64,000 nt of DNA from Planctomycetota bacterium (lineage in GTDB: Bacteria; Planctomycetota; UBA8742; UBA2392), in assembly GCA_016712285.1 (NCBI GenBank), contig JADJRK010000001.1:897098-961097 (forward strand), read 5' to 3'. A model generated the notes under the pieces. It was not told where the DNA came from and did no database searches. It saw nothing but the letters and a program-made list of their open reading frames with translations. Both the position numbers and the translations under genes were made by a program. Shown here piece by piece: positions 45,405 through 54,971 of this stretch (the first letter of the stretch is position 1; every line of letters begins with the position of its first letter).

Positions 45405-46328
45405 ATGCGTTGGTTATGCTTGTTGCTGGTTTTGTGCGCCCCGGCGCTGTGGGCCGAGACGCCGGCAGGGTCATTCCACTCGTTTATTGCCGCGGTGCTG
45501 GACACCAACACGCCTGAGGCAGAGCGCCGCCTGATCTTTGAACGCTACTTTGACTTCGACACCTGGATGACAGCCAAGCAGGCCGAGGACGGCAAAGAGT
45601 ACACCGAGGTTGAGCGCACCCAGTTCAAAGAAGAGTGGTTTACAGTTTTCCTCAGCGCCGAGTTCCGGCAGCGCTTTGCCGCGCGCAACGTGCAGGTGAT
45701 CGAAGAACCAGAGCCCGAAGGCGACCAAGCCGAGCTCGTGATCAAGATTCTTGAGCCCGCAGCCGCCGCAGGACGCTATCGGGTCCTGATGACACGCAGC
45801 GGCGAGTACTGGCGCTGGCACAGTATTCCGCGCATTGAAGAGGACCCGACGCCGGAGACACCCCTGACTGCTGAAGAAAAGCTGGCTGCGATCCAGCAGG
45901 CCATCGCCGATGCACAGGCCGAGCAGGAGAAGCTTGCGGCACAGCTGCGCGAACTCGATGCGCAGCGCAATCTGCTCGAGGCCGAAATCGCCGAGAAAAA
46001 CGCGGGTGACGCGCCGTACTCGACACCCATGACCACCGCCCGCACGTTGGGCAAAGCCGTGCTGGCTGCCGACACCGACGCGCTGCTCAAGGCCCACACG
46101 CCCGCGCGTCGCAATACCGACCGCAAGAAACTGGCAGAGAAGTTGAAGGCGCAGGCCGAGCGGGTTGCCGGCTGGGAGCCGCTGGACGTCACGCTGTCCG
46201 AGAACAACACGCAAGCCACCGTGCGCGTGAAGCTGAAACTCTGGGACGATACCGGGGTGAAGGAGCGCACGATTTCGCTGTTGCTGCGCAAGGTAGACGC
46301 CGAGTGGCTCGTGGATGAGGAACCGTAA
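45405..46328 (+). CDS. Secreted hypothetical protein with a coiled-coil segment
   Basis: Start at ATG 45405 (GGGAG RBS). Signal peptide MRWLCLLLVLCAPALWA. Confidence 0.55.
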   Translation: MRWLCLLLVLCAPALWAETPAGSFHSFIAAVLDTNTPEAERRLIFERYFDFDTWMTAKQAEDGKEYTEVERTQFKEEWFTVFLSAEFRQRFAARNVQVIEEPEPEGDQAELVIKILEPAAAAGRYRVLMTRSGEYWRWHSIPRIEEDPTPETPLTAEEKLAAIQQAIADAQAEQEKLAAQLRELDAQRNLLEAEIAEKNAGDAPYSTPMTTARTLGKAVLAADTDALLKAHTPARRNTDRKKLAEKLKAQAERVAGWEPLDVTLSENNTQATVRVKLKLWDDTGVKERTISLLLRKVDAEWLVDEEP

Positions 46329-46756
46329 TGCCGCAGGTCCGTGAAGCGGCCGGCTTCGTTCTGGCCTGTGTCGCCGATGGCGAGCCGCGCTACCTGTTGC
46401 TGCGCAGCGCCAACCACCAGACGTGGGGGGCGCCCAAGGGTCACCTGGAACCGGGCGAGACGCCGCTGCAGGCCGCCGTACGCGAGACTCTGGAAGAGAC
46501 GGGCATCGATGACCTCGATGTCATCACCGACTTCCACCGCGAGTTCAGTTACGAAGTGACGGGGCGTTCCCGCGGCAGCTATCTCAAGCGCGTGCACTAC
46601 TTTCTGGCGCTTACGCCCAAAGCGCTGCACGTGCAGAGCGACGAGCACGACAAGTCCGCCTGGTACACGCTGGCCGAAGTCAGCGAGATGCTTGAGTACC
46701 CGCAGATCAAGCAGGTCTTCCGGGAAGCCGACGCGCTGCTGCGAAAGCGGCGCTAA
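46328..46756 (+). CDS. NUDIX hydrolase
   Basis: Nudix box GHLEPGETPLQAAVRETLEETGI. Confidence 0.8.
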   Translation: MPQVREAAGFVLACVADGEPRYLLLRSANHQTWGAPKGHLEPGETPLQAAVRETLEETGIDDLDVITDFHREFSYEVTGRSRGSYLKRVHYFLALTPKALHVQSDEHDKSAWYTLAEVSEMLEYPQIKQVFREADALLRKRR

Positions 46757-46762
46757 AGGCCG

Positions 46763-48550
46763 CTACCCCTCGTCGATCTCTTTCTGGATGGCGTCCGCTA
46801 CTTCGCGCAGCCAGCTTGCGCTGTCGGATGGGCTGCTGCGTTTCATGGCCGAGAGCTTCTTGGGCACGTGCTTATAGGCGGCCAGGAAATCGTCGGTGCA
46901 CCACCCGCCCATGATGCGGGCCAGCAGCGCACGCTGGACAACTTTCTCGGCCAGGTCCGCGAAGTGGCGCACCACGGCCACGATCGACGGCATGTGCCCA
47001 AGGCGGCGAATGGTGTCGCTGAGGTCTGCCTGCAGGTTGGCCTGTTCGTCCGTGTTGCACTCGATCTCTTTCTTGAACTGCTCAGCGATGGCTTCACCGG
47101 CTTTCTTGATGGCGTCGCCGCCAATCACTCGTCCAGTTTCGGCTGCCAGGAAGGCTGCGTCGCGCACGATACCGCGTTCGCGGTTCGCCAACAGCTTGAT
47201 GAACAGGTTTAGCGCGCGTTCGGTCTTGAACGTCGTGCCGGTGCGGTGGTCTTCCCGCGCCTTGCGCAGCGACAACGACAACTTCGGCATGTCGTCCTGC
47301 GTCAGGTAGTTCTCGAGAATCGTGAGCTTGTTGTCCTCAGTGGGGTTCATGAAGTTCTTCAGCTCATCGACAATGTTCTCAAGCCGGTTGCGGTGTGTCG
47401 CCGTGAGGTCGGTTTCCTTCAGGTACGCCTCTAGCCATTGCAGGGCCTCTTCGACCTTGCCCAACGAGTTCACAAGCAGGTCGATGTAGACAACGGCCTC
47501 CGGGCCGCGCAGCGCGATCGGCATGTGCTTGCGCTCGAGGTCGGCGGCTGCAAGGTGATGTTTGCGCGCCTGCTCAATCATCTGCGGGTATTCCGCATGT
47601 TCCTTGCCCGCGATCATGGCCTTGGTTGCCCAGCAGATCGCGAAGTTGCGTTCAAGCTGCTGTGCGGCGCGCGGATCGACCTTGGTGTCGGTCAGCTTGG
47701 CACATTCCTCCAGCGTTGCGATCGCATCGTCGTAAGCGTTCTGGGCCATGTAGGCATTTGCCTTCAGCACAAGCGTGCGCGTGCGAAAGCGCGGGTTCAT
47801 GTTGGGGTTCTTGAGGTGCTCATCGACAACCTTGTGGAATGCCTCCGGCCCGGCTGCGGCGAAGTACATCTGCAGCAGGTCCGAGTAATCGTCCGCATCT
47901 GAGGCCGGGCCAGACTTCACTAACGGCGTGATCATCTCGACGACTTCAGCGGTGCGTGGCGGCTTCATGTTGATCAATACCTGGGCCTTCAGCACGTATG
48001 CCTGCACGAAGTTCTTCTGCAGGCTGATTGCCTTTTCCAATGCATCAATGGTGGGCCGCGCGCCGCGCTCAGGCTCCTGGCGCATACGCAGCATCTCTAG
48101 CTGCGCCAGGAAGAACCATGGGTACGCGAAGTCCTTGTGCTGCTCAGCGGCTTCGCGCAGCAGCTTTTCGGATTCCGAGATGTTGGGGTTGTTCGGCGGG
48201 AACTGCAGCAGCATCACCGCGTGCATGACTTTGAACGTTGCGTATTCGGCGTACTTGCCGCGCCCGTATTGGTCAAAAAGCTTGCTGAGCGTCGGCCCCA
48301 TCTCCAGCTGCTCGGTGTACAGCAGCACGAGGCGCGACATGTTGCTGGTGTACTCATGGCGTTTGCCTGCATCGGTGTAGTTCTTGAGTTCAAACAGGCT
48401 GTGTTCGCCGCTGGGGTCGACGCCTGGAAACACAGTGCGGATGTAGTCGGCGTAATCGGCTGGAATCTGCGCATCAACAGTCGCCTCCTGTGCCGCAAGC
48501 GGACACAACGAAAGCAACATGGCGAACAGCACGAATCGGGTCTTGGTCAT
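46763..48550 (-). CDS. Secreted all-helical TPR-like hypothetical protein
   Basis: Signal peptide MTKTRFVLFAMLLSLCPLAAQ. 595 aa of helical repeats. Confidence 0.6.
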   Translation of the reverse strand: MTKTRFVLFAMLLSLCPLAAQEATVDAQIPADYADYIRTVFPGVDPSGEHSLFELKNYTDAGKRHEYTSNMSRLVLLYTEQLEMGPTLSKLFDQYGRGKYAEYATFKVMHAVMLLQFPPNNPNISESEKLLREAAEQHKDFAYPWFFLAQLEMLRMRQEPERGARPTIDALEKAISLQKNFVQAYVLKAQVLINMKPPRTAEVVEMITPLVKSGPASDADDYSDLLQMYFAAAGPEAFHKVVDEHLKNPNMNPRFRTRTLVLKANAYMAQNAYDDAIATLEECAKLTDTKVDPRAAQQLERNFAICWATKAMIAGKEHAEYPQMIEQARKHHLAAADLERKHMPIALRGPEAVVYIDLLVNSLGKVEEALQWLEAYLKETDLTATHRNRLENIVDELKNFMNPTEDNKLTILENYLTQDDMPKLSLSLRKAREDHRTGTTFKTERALNLFIKLLANRERGIVRDAAFLAAETGRVIGGDAIKKAGEAIAEQFKKEIECNTDEQANLQADLSDTIRRLGHMPSIVAVVRHFADLAEKVVQRALLARIMGGWCTDDFLAAYKHVPKKLSAMKRSSPSDSASWLREVADAIQKEIDEG

Positions 48551-48563
48551 GGTTTCTCTCTCG

Positions 48564-49697
48564 TCAAGCCGTTGCGGTTTCCAGCAATTGATAGCGGGAA
48601 TCGCGACGACAGGGCCTGCGGCCTGCGTCCGTAATCATGCGCCTGAGCTGTTCTTCGGAAAGTTGCTGCGGAGTGCTTGAGCCCGCGTCGTGGAAAATGC
48701 GTTCGTGCTCATACACAATGCCGTCAAGGTCATCCACGCCATAACCCAGCGCCACTTGCGCAAGCTTCAGGCCCGCGCTGATCCAGTAGCACTTCAGGTG
48801 CGGCACGTTATCAAGCAGCAGTCGCGACACCGCATACACCTTCAGGTCAGTCACTCCGCTGGCCCGGCGCGACTTCAGCGCGTTGTTCTCGGGGTGATAC
48901 GCAAGCGGAATGAAAACCTGGAAGCCATTCGTCGCGTCCTGGTGCTGGCGCACGCGCAACAGGTGATCAACCCGGTCTTCGTCGCTCTCAATGTGGCCGT
49001 ACAGCATCGTGACCTGGGTCTTCAGGCCCATTTCATGGGCATAGCCGTGAATCTCAAAGTAGCGGGCGGCGTTGATCTTGTTCGGGCAGATCTGCTTGCG
49101 CACATGTTCGGCGAAAATCTCGGCGCCGCCGCCGGTCAGGCTGTCCAGCCCGGCTTCGTGCAGCTCGTGCATGACGGTACGCGCGTCTTTGCGGGCGACA
49201 CGGGCAAACCAGTCCACCTCGACGGCGGTAAAACCCTTCAGCGAGGTTTCGGGCAGCACGCCCTTCAGGCCCCGCAGCATGTCGAGATAGTAGTCGTACT
49301 TCAGCGCAGGGTGCAGGCCGCCCACGATGTGCAGCTCCTGCACGCCCTGGCCTTCAAAGCGGCGTGCCCAATCAACGATCTCGGGTACCGTGCGCGTGAA
49401 GCTGCCCGGTTCGCCCGGCTTTCGATAGAAACTGCAGAATTTGCAGGTGTCCCAGCACACGTTGCTGTAGTGCAGGTAGCGGTTCACAATGTAGGTCGTG
49501 GTGTCGCCGTGCAGCCGCTCGCGCACCAGGTTCGCGGCATAGCCCAGCGCGGCTATATCACGGGTACGAAACAGGCGCAGGCCGTCAGCGGCCGTCAGGC
49601 GCTGCCCTGCCTCGGCCTTCTCTACCAGGTCCGCGATTTCGCTGTTCGCTATGACCGCGTTCATGGGGCGCGAGTGTAGCAGCATCCGCCCATGCAT
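48564..49697 (-). CDS. Radical SAM enzyme of the futalosine-pathway MqnC/MqnE (CofH-like) family
   Basis: CxxxCxxC cluster in YLHYSNVCWDTCKFCSF and a long TIM-barrel body. I cannot resolve MqnC from MqnE. Confidence 0.75.
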   Translation of the reverse strand: MHGRMLLHSRPMNAVIANSEIADLVEKAEAGQRLTAADGLRLFRTRDIAALGYAANLVRERLHGDTTTYIVNRYLHYSNVCWDTCKFCSFYRKPGEPGSFTRTVPEIVDWARRFEGQGVQELHIVGGLHPALKYDYYLDMLRGLKGVLPETSLKGFTAVEVDWFARVARKDARTVMHELHEAGLDSLTGGGAEIFAEHVRKQICPNKINAARYFEIHGYAHEMGLKTQVTMLYGHIESDEDRVDHLLRVRQHQDATNGFQVFIPLAYHPENNALKSRRASGVTDLKVYAVSRLLLDNVPHLKCYWISAGLKLAQVALGYGVDDLDGIVYEHERIFHDAGSSTPQQLSEEQLRRMITDAGRRPCRRDSRYQLLETATA

Positions 49698-49801
49698 AAA
49701 GGCGGCAGCACCGGCGAGATGCAGGGTCGCGCCATTGTGGTTGATTCGTAAAGCCGCTAGACTTGCGCTTTCCCCGGCCTTCCCCAGTTGAGGATTTGCC
49801 C

Positions 49802-50422
49802 GTGAAGTACCTCAGCTTACTCAGGATTGTTATCCCGTGCGTCGTGCTGGCGATGTTGACCGGCTGCGTGACGCACAAGGACTACTACTACCGTGATTTC
49901 GCGGTGCCGCGCGAGCAGGCCTACGACGCGATGATTCACGTCTTGCAGGATGAAGGCTACCAGGTCACAAGCCTTGAAGAAAACTGGGTCAACGACAAGC
50001 CCGAAGTCTACCTTGAGACTGACTGGAACTTGGCCCAGACCGGCAACCCGTACCCCGGCAACGACGTGCGGCGCCGGGCGTACATCAAGATCACCACGAT
50101 TTACACCGACCGCAAACCCGAGGAGTTTCAGCCGCTGGATGACAAAGACGGCGAGAACCTCGACAAGTTGAAAGAAGAACAGCAGCGCAAGGCCAAGCTG
50201 GACCACACGCGTGTCAGCATTGCCGTAAACCGCGAAAACCGCAGCGACATCAAGCGTCCCCTGGACGCGGACTGGATTTCGCAGGGGTCGGACAACTTCG
50301 AGGTCATGGCGCTGATGGGCCGGCTTGAGGCGTTGTTTGTCGATCATTCAGGTGGCGCGCTGCGCCCCTCGGCCAAGGGTGAGAAGCTGAAAGAAGAGCA
50401 GCTGAAAACCGAGAAACAGTGA
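49802..50422 (+). CDS. Hypothetical lipoprotein
   Basis: GTG 49802 with GAGGA RBS. VKYLSLLRIVIPCVVLAMLTGC lipobox. Confidence 0.5.
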   Translation: MKYLSLLRIVIPCVVLAMLTGCVTHKDYYYRDFAVPREQAYDAMIHVLQDEGYQVTSLEENWVNDKPEVYLETDWNLAQTGNPYPGNDVRRRAYIKITTIYTDRKPEEFQPLDDKDGENLDKLKEEQQRKAKLDHTRVSIAVNRENRSDIKRPLDADWISQGSDNFEVMALMGRLEALFVDHSGGALRPSAKGEKLKEEQLKTEKQ

Positions 50423-50844
50423 GCCCGATGACGCAAGAGAACGACAAGCCCAAAATTATCATCGACTCGGACTGGAAAAAGGAAGCCGAGCTCGAGAAAG
50501 AAAAGCTGGCGGAAAAGTCTGCGCCCAAGCCGGCACATGGCGCGCAACCAGACGGGCATGAAGACCTGCCGCCCCCGGAGTTTCTGCAGCACTGCGCGTC
50601 TTTGGCCACGCACGCAATGATTTTGCTGGGCGCGGTGCCGAACCCGATGACCGGCAAGCAGGAGTTCGACCCGCTGTACGCGCGCCACCTGATCGACACG
50701 ATTGTCATGCTGCGCGAAAAGACCAAAGGGAACCTGACGGCCCACGAGTCCGAGACGCTCGAGCACCTGATTGGTGAGTTGAAGCTGGCATGGCTCAGCG
50801 TGACGGGCCAGGCCGGAGCGCCGCCGCAAGGAAAACCGGCGTGA
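50419..50844 (+). CDS. Small acidic conserved hypothetical protein (possibly DUF1844-like)
   Basis: 141 aa; ...FLQHCASLATHAMILLGAVPNPMTGK...LIDTIVMLREKTKGNLT.... Confidence 0.5.
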   Translation: MSPMTQENDKPKIIIDSDWKKEAELEKEKLAEKSAPKPAHGAQPDGHEDLPPPEFLQHCASLATHAMILLGAVPNPMTGKQEFDPLYARHLIDTIVMLREKTKGNLTAHESETLEHLIGELKLAWLSVTGQAGAPPQGKPA

Positions 50845-52427
50845 TGCGTCGCGCCTGTCTGCTGCTGCCAGTCCTGCTAGCGTGTTGCGGCGGAGGATCC
50901 CCGGAAAACAACGCCACGCAAGGGCCTGCACCTGCGCGCGCCAGCCCGCTCGCCCGCTTTGACGCGGGCACACTTGCGGACGGCTTTGAAGCCCCGGACC
51001 TTGCCAACTACTGGGCGCACTCCGAGAAGCGAAACGGGAACACATACCCCGTCAGCGCCAAAGTCACTGATCCCAACGTGATTGTCGCCAAGGTGGACGC
51101 TGCCAATGCCTGGCACATCGCCGAGGGTGGAAAGTGGGCCGCCCGCGCAAGTGTCTCCGTCCTCAGCACACTGGACGCCTACAGCCGCAAGTTCTGGAAC
51201 ACCGAGCAGAAAATGAGCAGTGCCGCCCTGATCCTGTTCGCCGACAAGGGCGCGCGCTGGCAGGAGTTGTTGCAGCTGTGCCGTGACCTTGTCGACGCGC
51301 AGATTCGCAACCTCTGGCTGGTCACGCTGGACGGCCGTGACGGCGCACACCGCCTGCTGCCGCTGTGCATTGACACCGCGCAGCTGTTCAACCGTGAGTA
51401 CGAGATTGACCCAGAGACAGCACAGGCGACCTTGCGGCTGTTCTGGGCCGATGTCGTGCAGCGTCCGCCGGCCCGGCGAATCACTTTGCGCGCCATGGAC
51501 AACAAGCGCAGCTCAACCGCAGAACCGTCAGACGACTGGGCGGAAAGGCTGCTGCAGCCGTTTGCGGGCCACGGCCACGAGTACCGTCGCGTGCAGCTGG
51601 AGCTTCGCAGGGCGGAGTCGATTTCGGGCCTGGCCGTCGTATTGAACGCGCTGGCGCCCCTCGGACTGGCCGAGATTGAGCCCTACTGGCCGGCGCTGAT
51701 TGAACAGGCGCAGACCGAGTTGCCGCGCGAGACCCGCGTGCTGGCTGATTTTCCCGATAGCCTTAAGGTCGCACAGGGTCTGAACCTGCCGGCGTTGTCA
51801 GAATTCTGGCGCGCCTCCGCCGCGGACACCGGTCTGCCGGCGGCCACAAGCCTGGACTCGGAACACAATCTTCAACTACGCCTTGATGCCGAAGGCACAT
51901 GGCATGTTCACGAACCCGATGGTTGGCGGGCAGTCAAGCAGCTGTCCGAAGTGATCGACACTCTGCGGCGAAGCGCCGGCGAGCCTGCCTTGCAGGTTGT
52001 GCTGGCAGCCGACCGCCGGGCCGCCTGGATTCACATTGAACTCTTGCAGGAAGCGATGGTGGCCACGGGCCTGCGCGCGCTGCAGTTCGTGACGCAGGAC
52101 GCGCTGGGCCCGCGCCTGCGCTTGCTCGAGGTTGTGATCGCCGAAGATGCAGTGCCCGAAGGAACCAACGCAGCGACAGTCGTGGTCACCCGCAAGGGGC
52201 CGCCTGCCGACGGTGACTACACAATCACGCTTACACTTGACGGGGCTGAACGCGAGGCCACCGGCATGTCGTACCCTTCGCGGCTTGTGCGACTGAGTTC
52301 GTTGCGCGACAGAAACCCCGACCTGTTGAAAGTGAAGATGCCCGGCGATGAGCCCGTAGAAACGTTGTTCACAATCTTGAACTCTCTGTCGCTGCTCGGC
52401 ATGCCGGAGATTCGGGTTGGGCGATAG
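50844..52427 (+). CDS. Hypothetical lipoprotein (527 aa)
   Basis: ATG 50844 overlapping the upstream stop. MRRACLLLPVLLACCGGGS lipobox. Confidence 0.5.
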   Translation: MRRACLLLPVLLACCGGGSPENNATQGPAPARASPLARFDAGTLADGFEAPDLANYWAHSEKRNGNTYPVSAKVTDPNVIVAKVDAANAWHIAEGGKWAARASVSVLSTLDAYSRKFWNTEQKMSSAALILFADKGARWQELLQLCRDLVDAQIRNLWLVTLDGRDGAHRLLPLCIDTAQLFNREYEIDPETAQATLRLFWADVVQRPPARRITLRAMDNKRSSTAEPSDDWAERLLQPFAGHGHEYRRVQLELRRAESISGLAVVLNALAPLGLAEIEPYWPALIEQAQTELPRETRVLADFPDSLKVAQGLNLPALSEFWRASAADTGLPAATSLDSEHNLQLRLDAEGTWHVHEPDGWRAVKQLSEVIDTLRRSAGEPALQVVLAADRRAAWIHIELLQEAMVATGLRALQFVTQDALGPRLRLLEVVIAEDAVPEGTNAATVVVTRKGPPADGDYTITLTLDGAEREATGMSYPSRLVRLSSLRDRNPDLLKVKMPGDEPVETLFTILNSLSLLGMPEIRVGR

Positions 52428-52517
52428 CCCGGTCGCTTTCCCGAACCCGACTTCCCAGCAGTTTTGGCCTTTCCGCTGTGCGCTTTTTGCCTAGATTGCC
52501 TGTCCCGGAGGTTCACC

Positions 52518-53363
52518 GTGAAGATCGCTTTCCATGGACAGCGCGGCTCATACGCCGAAGCCGCAGCGGCGTGGATGTACGCCAACGAAGACATCGCGAC
52601 CGTGCCGTGCCCGAGCACGCAGGCGGTAGTGGATGCGGTACTCGATGGCTCGTGCCAGTACGGCGTAATCCGCGTCGAGAGCAGCGACTGGGGCGCAAAC
52701 TATGAAGTCATGAACCTGCTGCGCGCCACACGCGTCTACTATGTGCGCGACATCCGGTTTCATGAGCGCTACAACCTCGCGGGCCAGCAGGGCACGCACC
52801 CCGAGAACATCAAGCGCATCTATGCCCACCCGGCCATCCTGTACCTGACCAGCAACTACATGAGCCGGCTTGCAAGCGTCGAGATCTCGGCCCGTTACGA
52901 CAGCGCCGAATACCTGGCCGACCTGTTGCGCCGAGGCGACAAGCACGAGGGCACCGTGTGCGGTGACTTCGCCGCCGGCATATTCGGGTTGCGGGTCTTG
53001 CAGCCGGGAATCGAGAACAGCACCGAAAGCATGACGCGCTTCATTTCACTCAGCGCGCAGAAAGAGTCACCACCGCCCGAAGTTGCCGACGTTTCCACGG
53101 CGATGCTCTTTGAGCTCAAGCACCGCCCGGGCGCGTTGATGGAGGCGCTGGCTGCGTTCAAGGACCAGCAGATCAACATCACGTCGGTCGTCGCACGGCC
53201 GACGCGGGCCAGCAAGTGGGACTATGCCACGTACGTGGAAGTGGCCGGTCGCTACGACGATGAACGGTTGCGAGTCGCGCTGGCTGACCTGCGCGAACAC
53301 ACGACCTATCTGCAGTTGCTAGGCAGCTTCAACAGCATCGAGCCCAGAGTGCCCGGAAGTTGA
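52518..53363 (+). CDS. pheA: Prephenate dehydratase (PDT plus ACT domains)
   Basis: GTG 52518 with GGAGG RBS. VKIAFHGQRGSYAEAAA... PDT N-terminus; C-terminal ACT (LFELKHRPGALMEALAAFKDQQINITSV). Confidence 0.85.
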   Translation: MKIAFHGQRGSYAEAAAAWMYANEDIATVPCPSTQAVVDAVLDGSCQYGVIRVESSDWGANYEVMNLLRATRVYYVRDIRFHERYNLAGQQGTHPENIKRIYAHPAILYLTSNYMSRLASVEISARYDSAEYLADLLRRGDKHEGTVCGDFAAGIFGLRVLQPGIENSTESMTRFISLSAQKESPPPEVADVSTAMLFELKHRPGALMEALAAFKDQQINITSVVARPTRASKWDYATYVEVAGRYDDERLRVALADLREHTTYLQLLGSFNSIEPRVPGS

Positions 53364-53373
53364 GACCGAGACC

Positions 53374-54576
53374 ATGAGCCAGATTCGCCTTGCCGCCCGC
53401 ATGGGCCGCATTCAACCGTCAGTGACACTTGCCCTGACCGCACGCGCCAAGGCCCTTGCCGCGCAGGGGCACGACGTGATCGCGCTTACCGCCGGCGAGC
53501 CCGACTTTGATACGCCGCTGAACATTCGTGAGTCAGCCGCGGCCCGCCTGCTGAAAGGCGGCAGCGTCGGGCGCTACACCCCAGCCAGCGGGCTGCCCGA
53601 GCTGCGTAAGGCCGTCGCCGCGAAGTTCAAGCGTGACAATGGCCTGACCTATGCAGCCGAAGAAGTCATGGTTTCCTGCGGCGGCAAGCACTGCTGCTTC
53701 AACCTGATCGCGGCCCTGATTGAGGATGGCGACGAGGTCATTATTCCGGCGCCGTATTGGGTCAGCTATCCCGAGATGGTTCGCTTCTTCGGCGGCAAGC
53801 CCGTGATTGTCGATACCTCCAGCACCGGTTTTGTGCTGACCCCGGAGGCGCTGAAAGCCGCCATCACACCTCGCACGCGGCTGCTGATCGTGAACAGCCC
53901 CGGCAACCCGACCGGCGCGGTCTGGAGCACTGACGCACAACGCAAGTTGGCAAGCGTGTTGCAGGGCACCGACATCTGCGTGCTCTCGGACGAGATCTAT
54001 GAAAAACTTGTCTACGACGGCGAGCACGTCAGCTTTGCTGCGCTTTCCGATAACGCGTTTGCGCGCACTGTCACGATCAACGGTGTCGCCAAGGCCTACG
54101 CCATGACCGGCTGGCGCATTGGCTACGCAGCCGGCGAAAAGCGCCTGATTGAGGCCATGGGTGCTCTGCAAAGCCACAGCACCAGCAACCCGACCACGAT
54201 TGCGCAGTACGCCACGCTGGATGCCCTGGCCAAAGACCCCGACGAGTTGCAGGGCTGGCGCAAGCAGTATCGCGCCCGACGCGACGCGATTGTGGCGGGC
54301 TTGAATGCAACCGCAGGCGTGAAGTGCGCAACACCCGGCGGGGCGTTCTATGTGTTTCCGGATTTTCGGGCGTGGGTCGGCAAGCGCCATGGCGACTTCG
54401 TTCTGATAGATTGCACCGCCATCTGCGAGGCGCTGCTGACCAAGGCGCTTGTGGCTGGCGTACCTGGCGGCGAGTTTGGCGCGCCGGGCTTTGTGCGCTT
54501 CAGCTATGCGGCGTCGGATGAGCAGCTGGCAAACGCTGTGAAACGCATCCAGCAGTTCGCGACCGAGCTTGCTTAA
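53374..54576 (+). CDS. Class I pyridoxal-phosphate aminotransferase (aspartate/aromatic type)
   Basis: 400 aa; ...NSPGNPTGAVW... and ...SFAKTYAMTGWRIGY-like (VAKAYAMTGWRIGY) Lys-PLP region. Confidence 0.85.
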   Translation: MSQIRLAARMGRIQPSVTLALTARAKALAAQGHDVIALTAGEPDFDTPLNIRESAAARLLKGGSVGRYTPASGLPELRKAVAAKFKRDNGLTYAAEEVMVSCGGKHCCFNLIAALIEDGDEVIIPAPYWVSYPEMVRFFGGKPVIVDTSSTGFVLTPEALKAAITPRTRLLIVNSPGNPTGAVWSTDAQRKLASVLQGTDICVLSDEIYEKLVYDGEHVSFAALSDNAFARTVTINGVAKAYAMTGWRIGYAAGEKRLIEAMGALQSHSTSNPTTIAQYATLDALAKDPDELQGWRKQYRARRDAIVAGLNATAGVKCATPGGAFYVFPDFRAWVGKRHGDFVLIDCTAICEALLTKALVAGVPGGEFGAPGFVRFSYAASDEQLANAVKRIQQFATELA

Positions 54577-54725
54577 CAAATGTGGAAAGTAATTGGAAAG
54601 TGCGGGCAGCCTGCCGCCCGGCCAGCGCGGCGAGCTTTCGAGCATTGTGAAGGGAGTGTCAGGAAACTCCTTTGACTCTGTGAAGCGCAGGCGCTATTCG
54701 TTAACCGTCTCGCCGGGAGAACGCC

Positions 54726-54929
54726 ATGAACGCCGCCACGCTTGCCACGTTCTGTGCAGTTCGCGAACTCACCTTCGTGGAAGCTGGAGTCGCCGACGGC
54801 AACAAGGGCGGCTGGTTCCAGACGCGCAAGCGCCAGCGGCAGTTCTACACCGAGCAAGAGATCACTGACTTTACCAACCGCGTGAAGTCAGAGTCCGCAC
54901 GCCACAATGCGGTTACCTTCACGAGCTAG
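54726..54929 (+). CDS. Small hypothetical protein (67 aa)
   Basis: GGGAGAA RBS; MNAATLATFCAVRELTFVEAGVADGNKGGWFQTRKRQRQFYTEQEITDF.... Confidence 0.4.
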   Translation: MNAATLATFCAVRELTFVEAGVADGNKGGWFQTRKRQRQFYTEQEITDFTNRVKSESARHNAVTFTS

Positions 54930-54971
54930 AGCACTTTCCTTTTGCAGCCGCGCGGGGCATGCTCCCGCGCG

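Noticed and set aside
54948-54968. Hairpin gcgcggg-gcatgct-cccgcgc just before the MFS start codon, as a possible riboswitch or attenuator
   Set aside because: It is a single 7 bp stem directly abutting the ATG with no T-tract and no conserved riboswitch core. It more likely marks an RBS-occluding structure, or the upstream TTG start is real. Too little to call.
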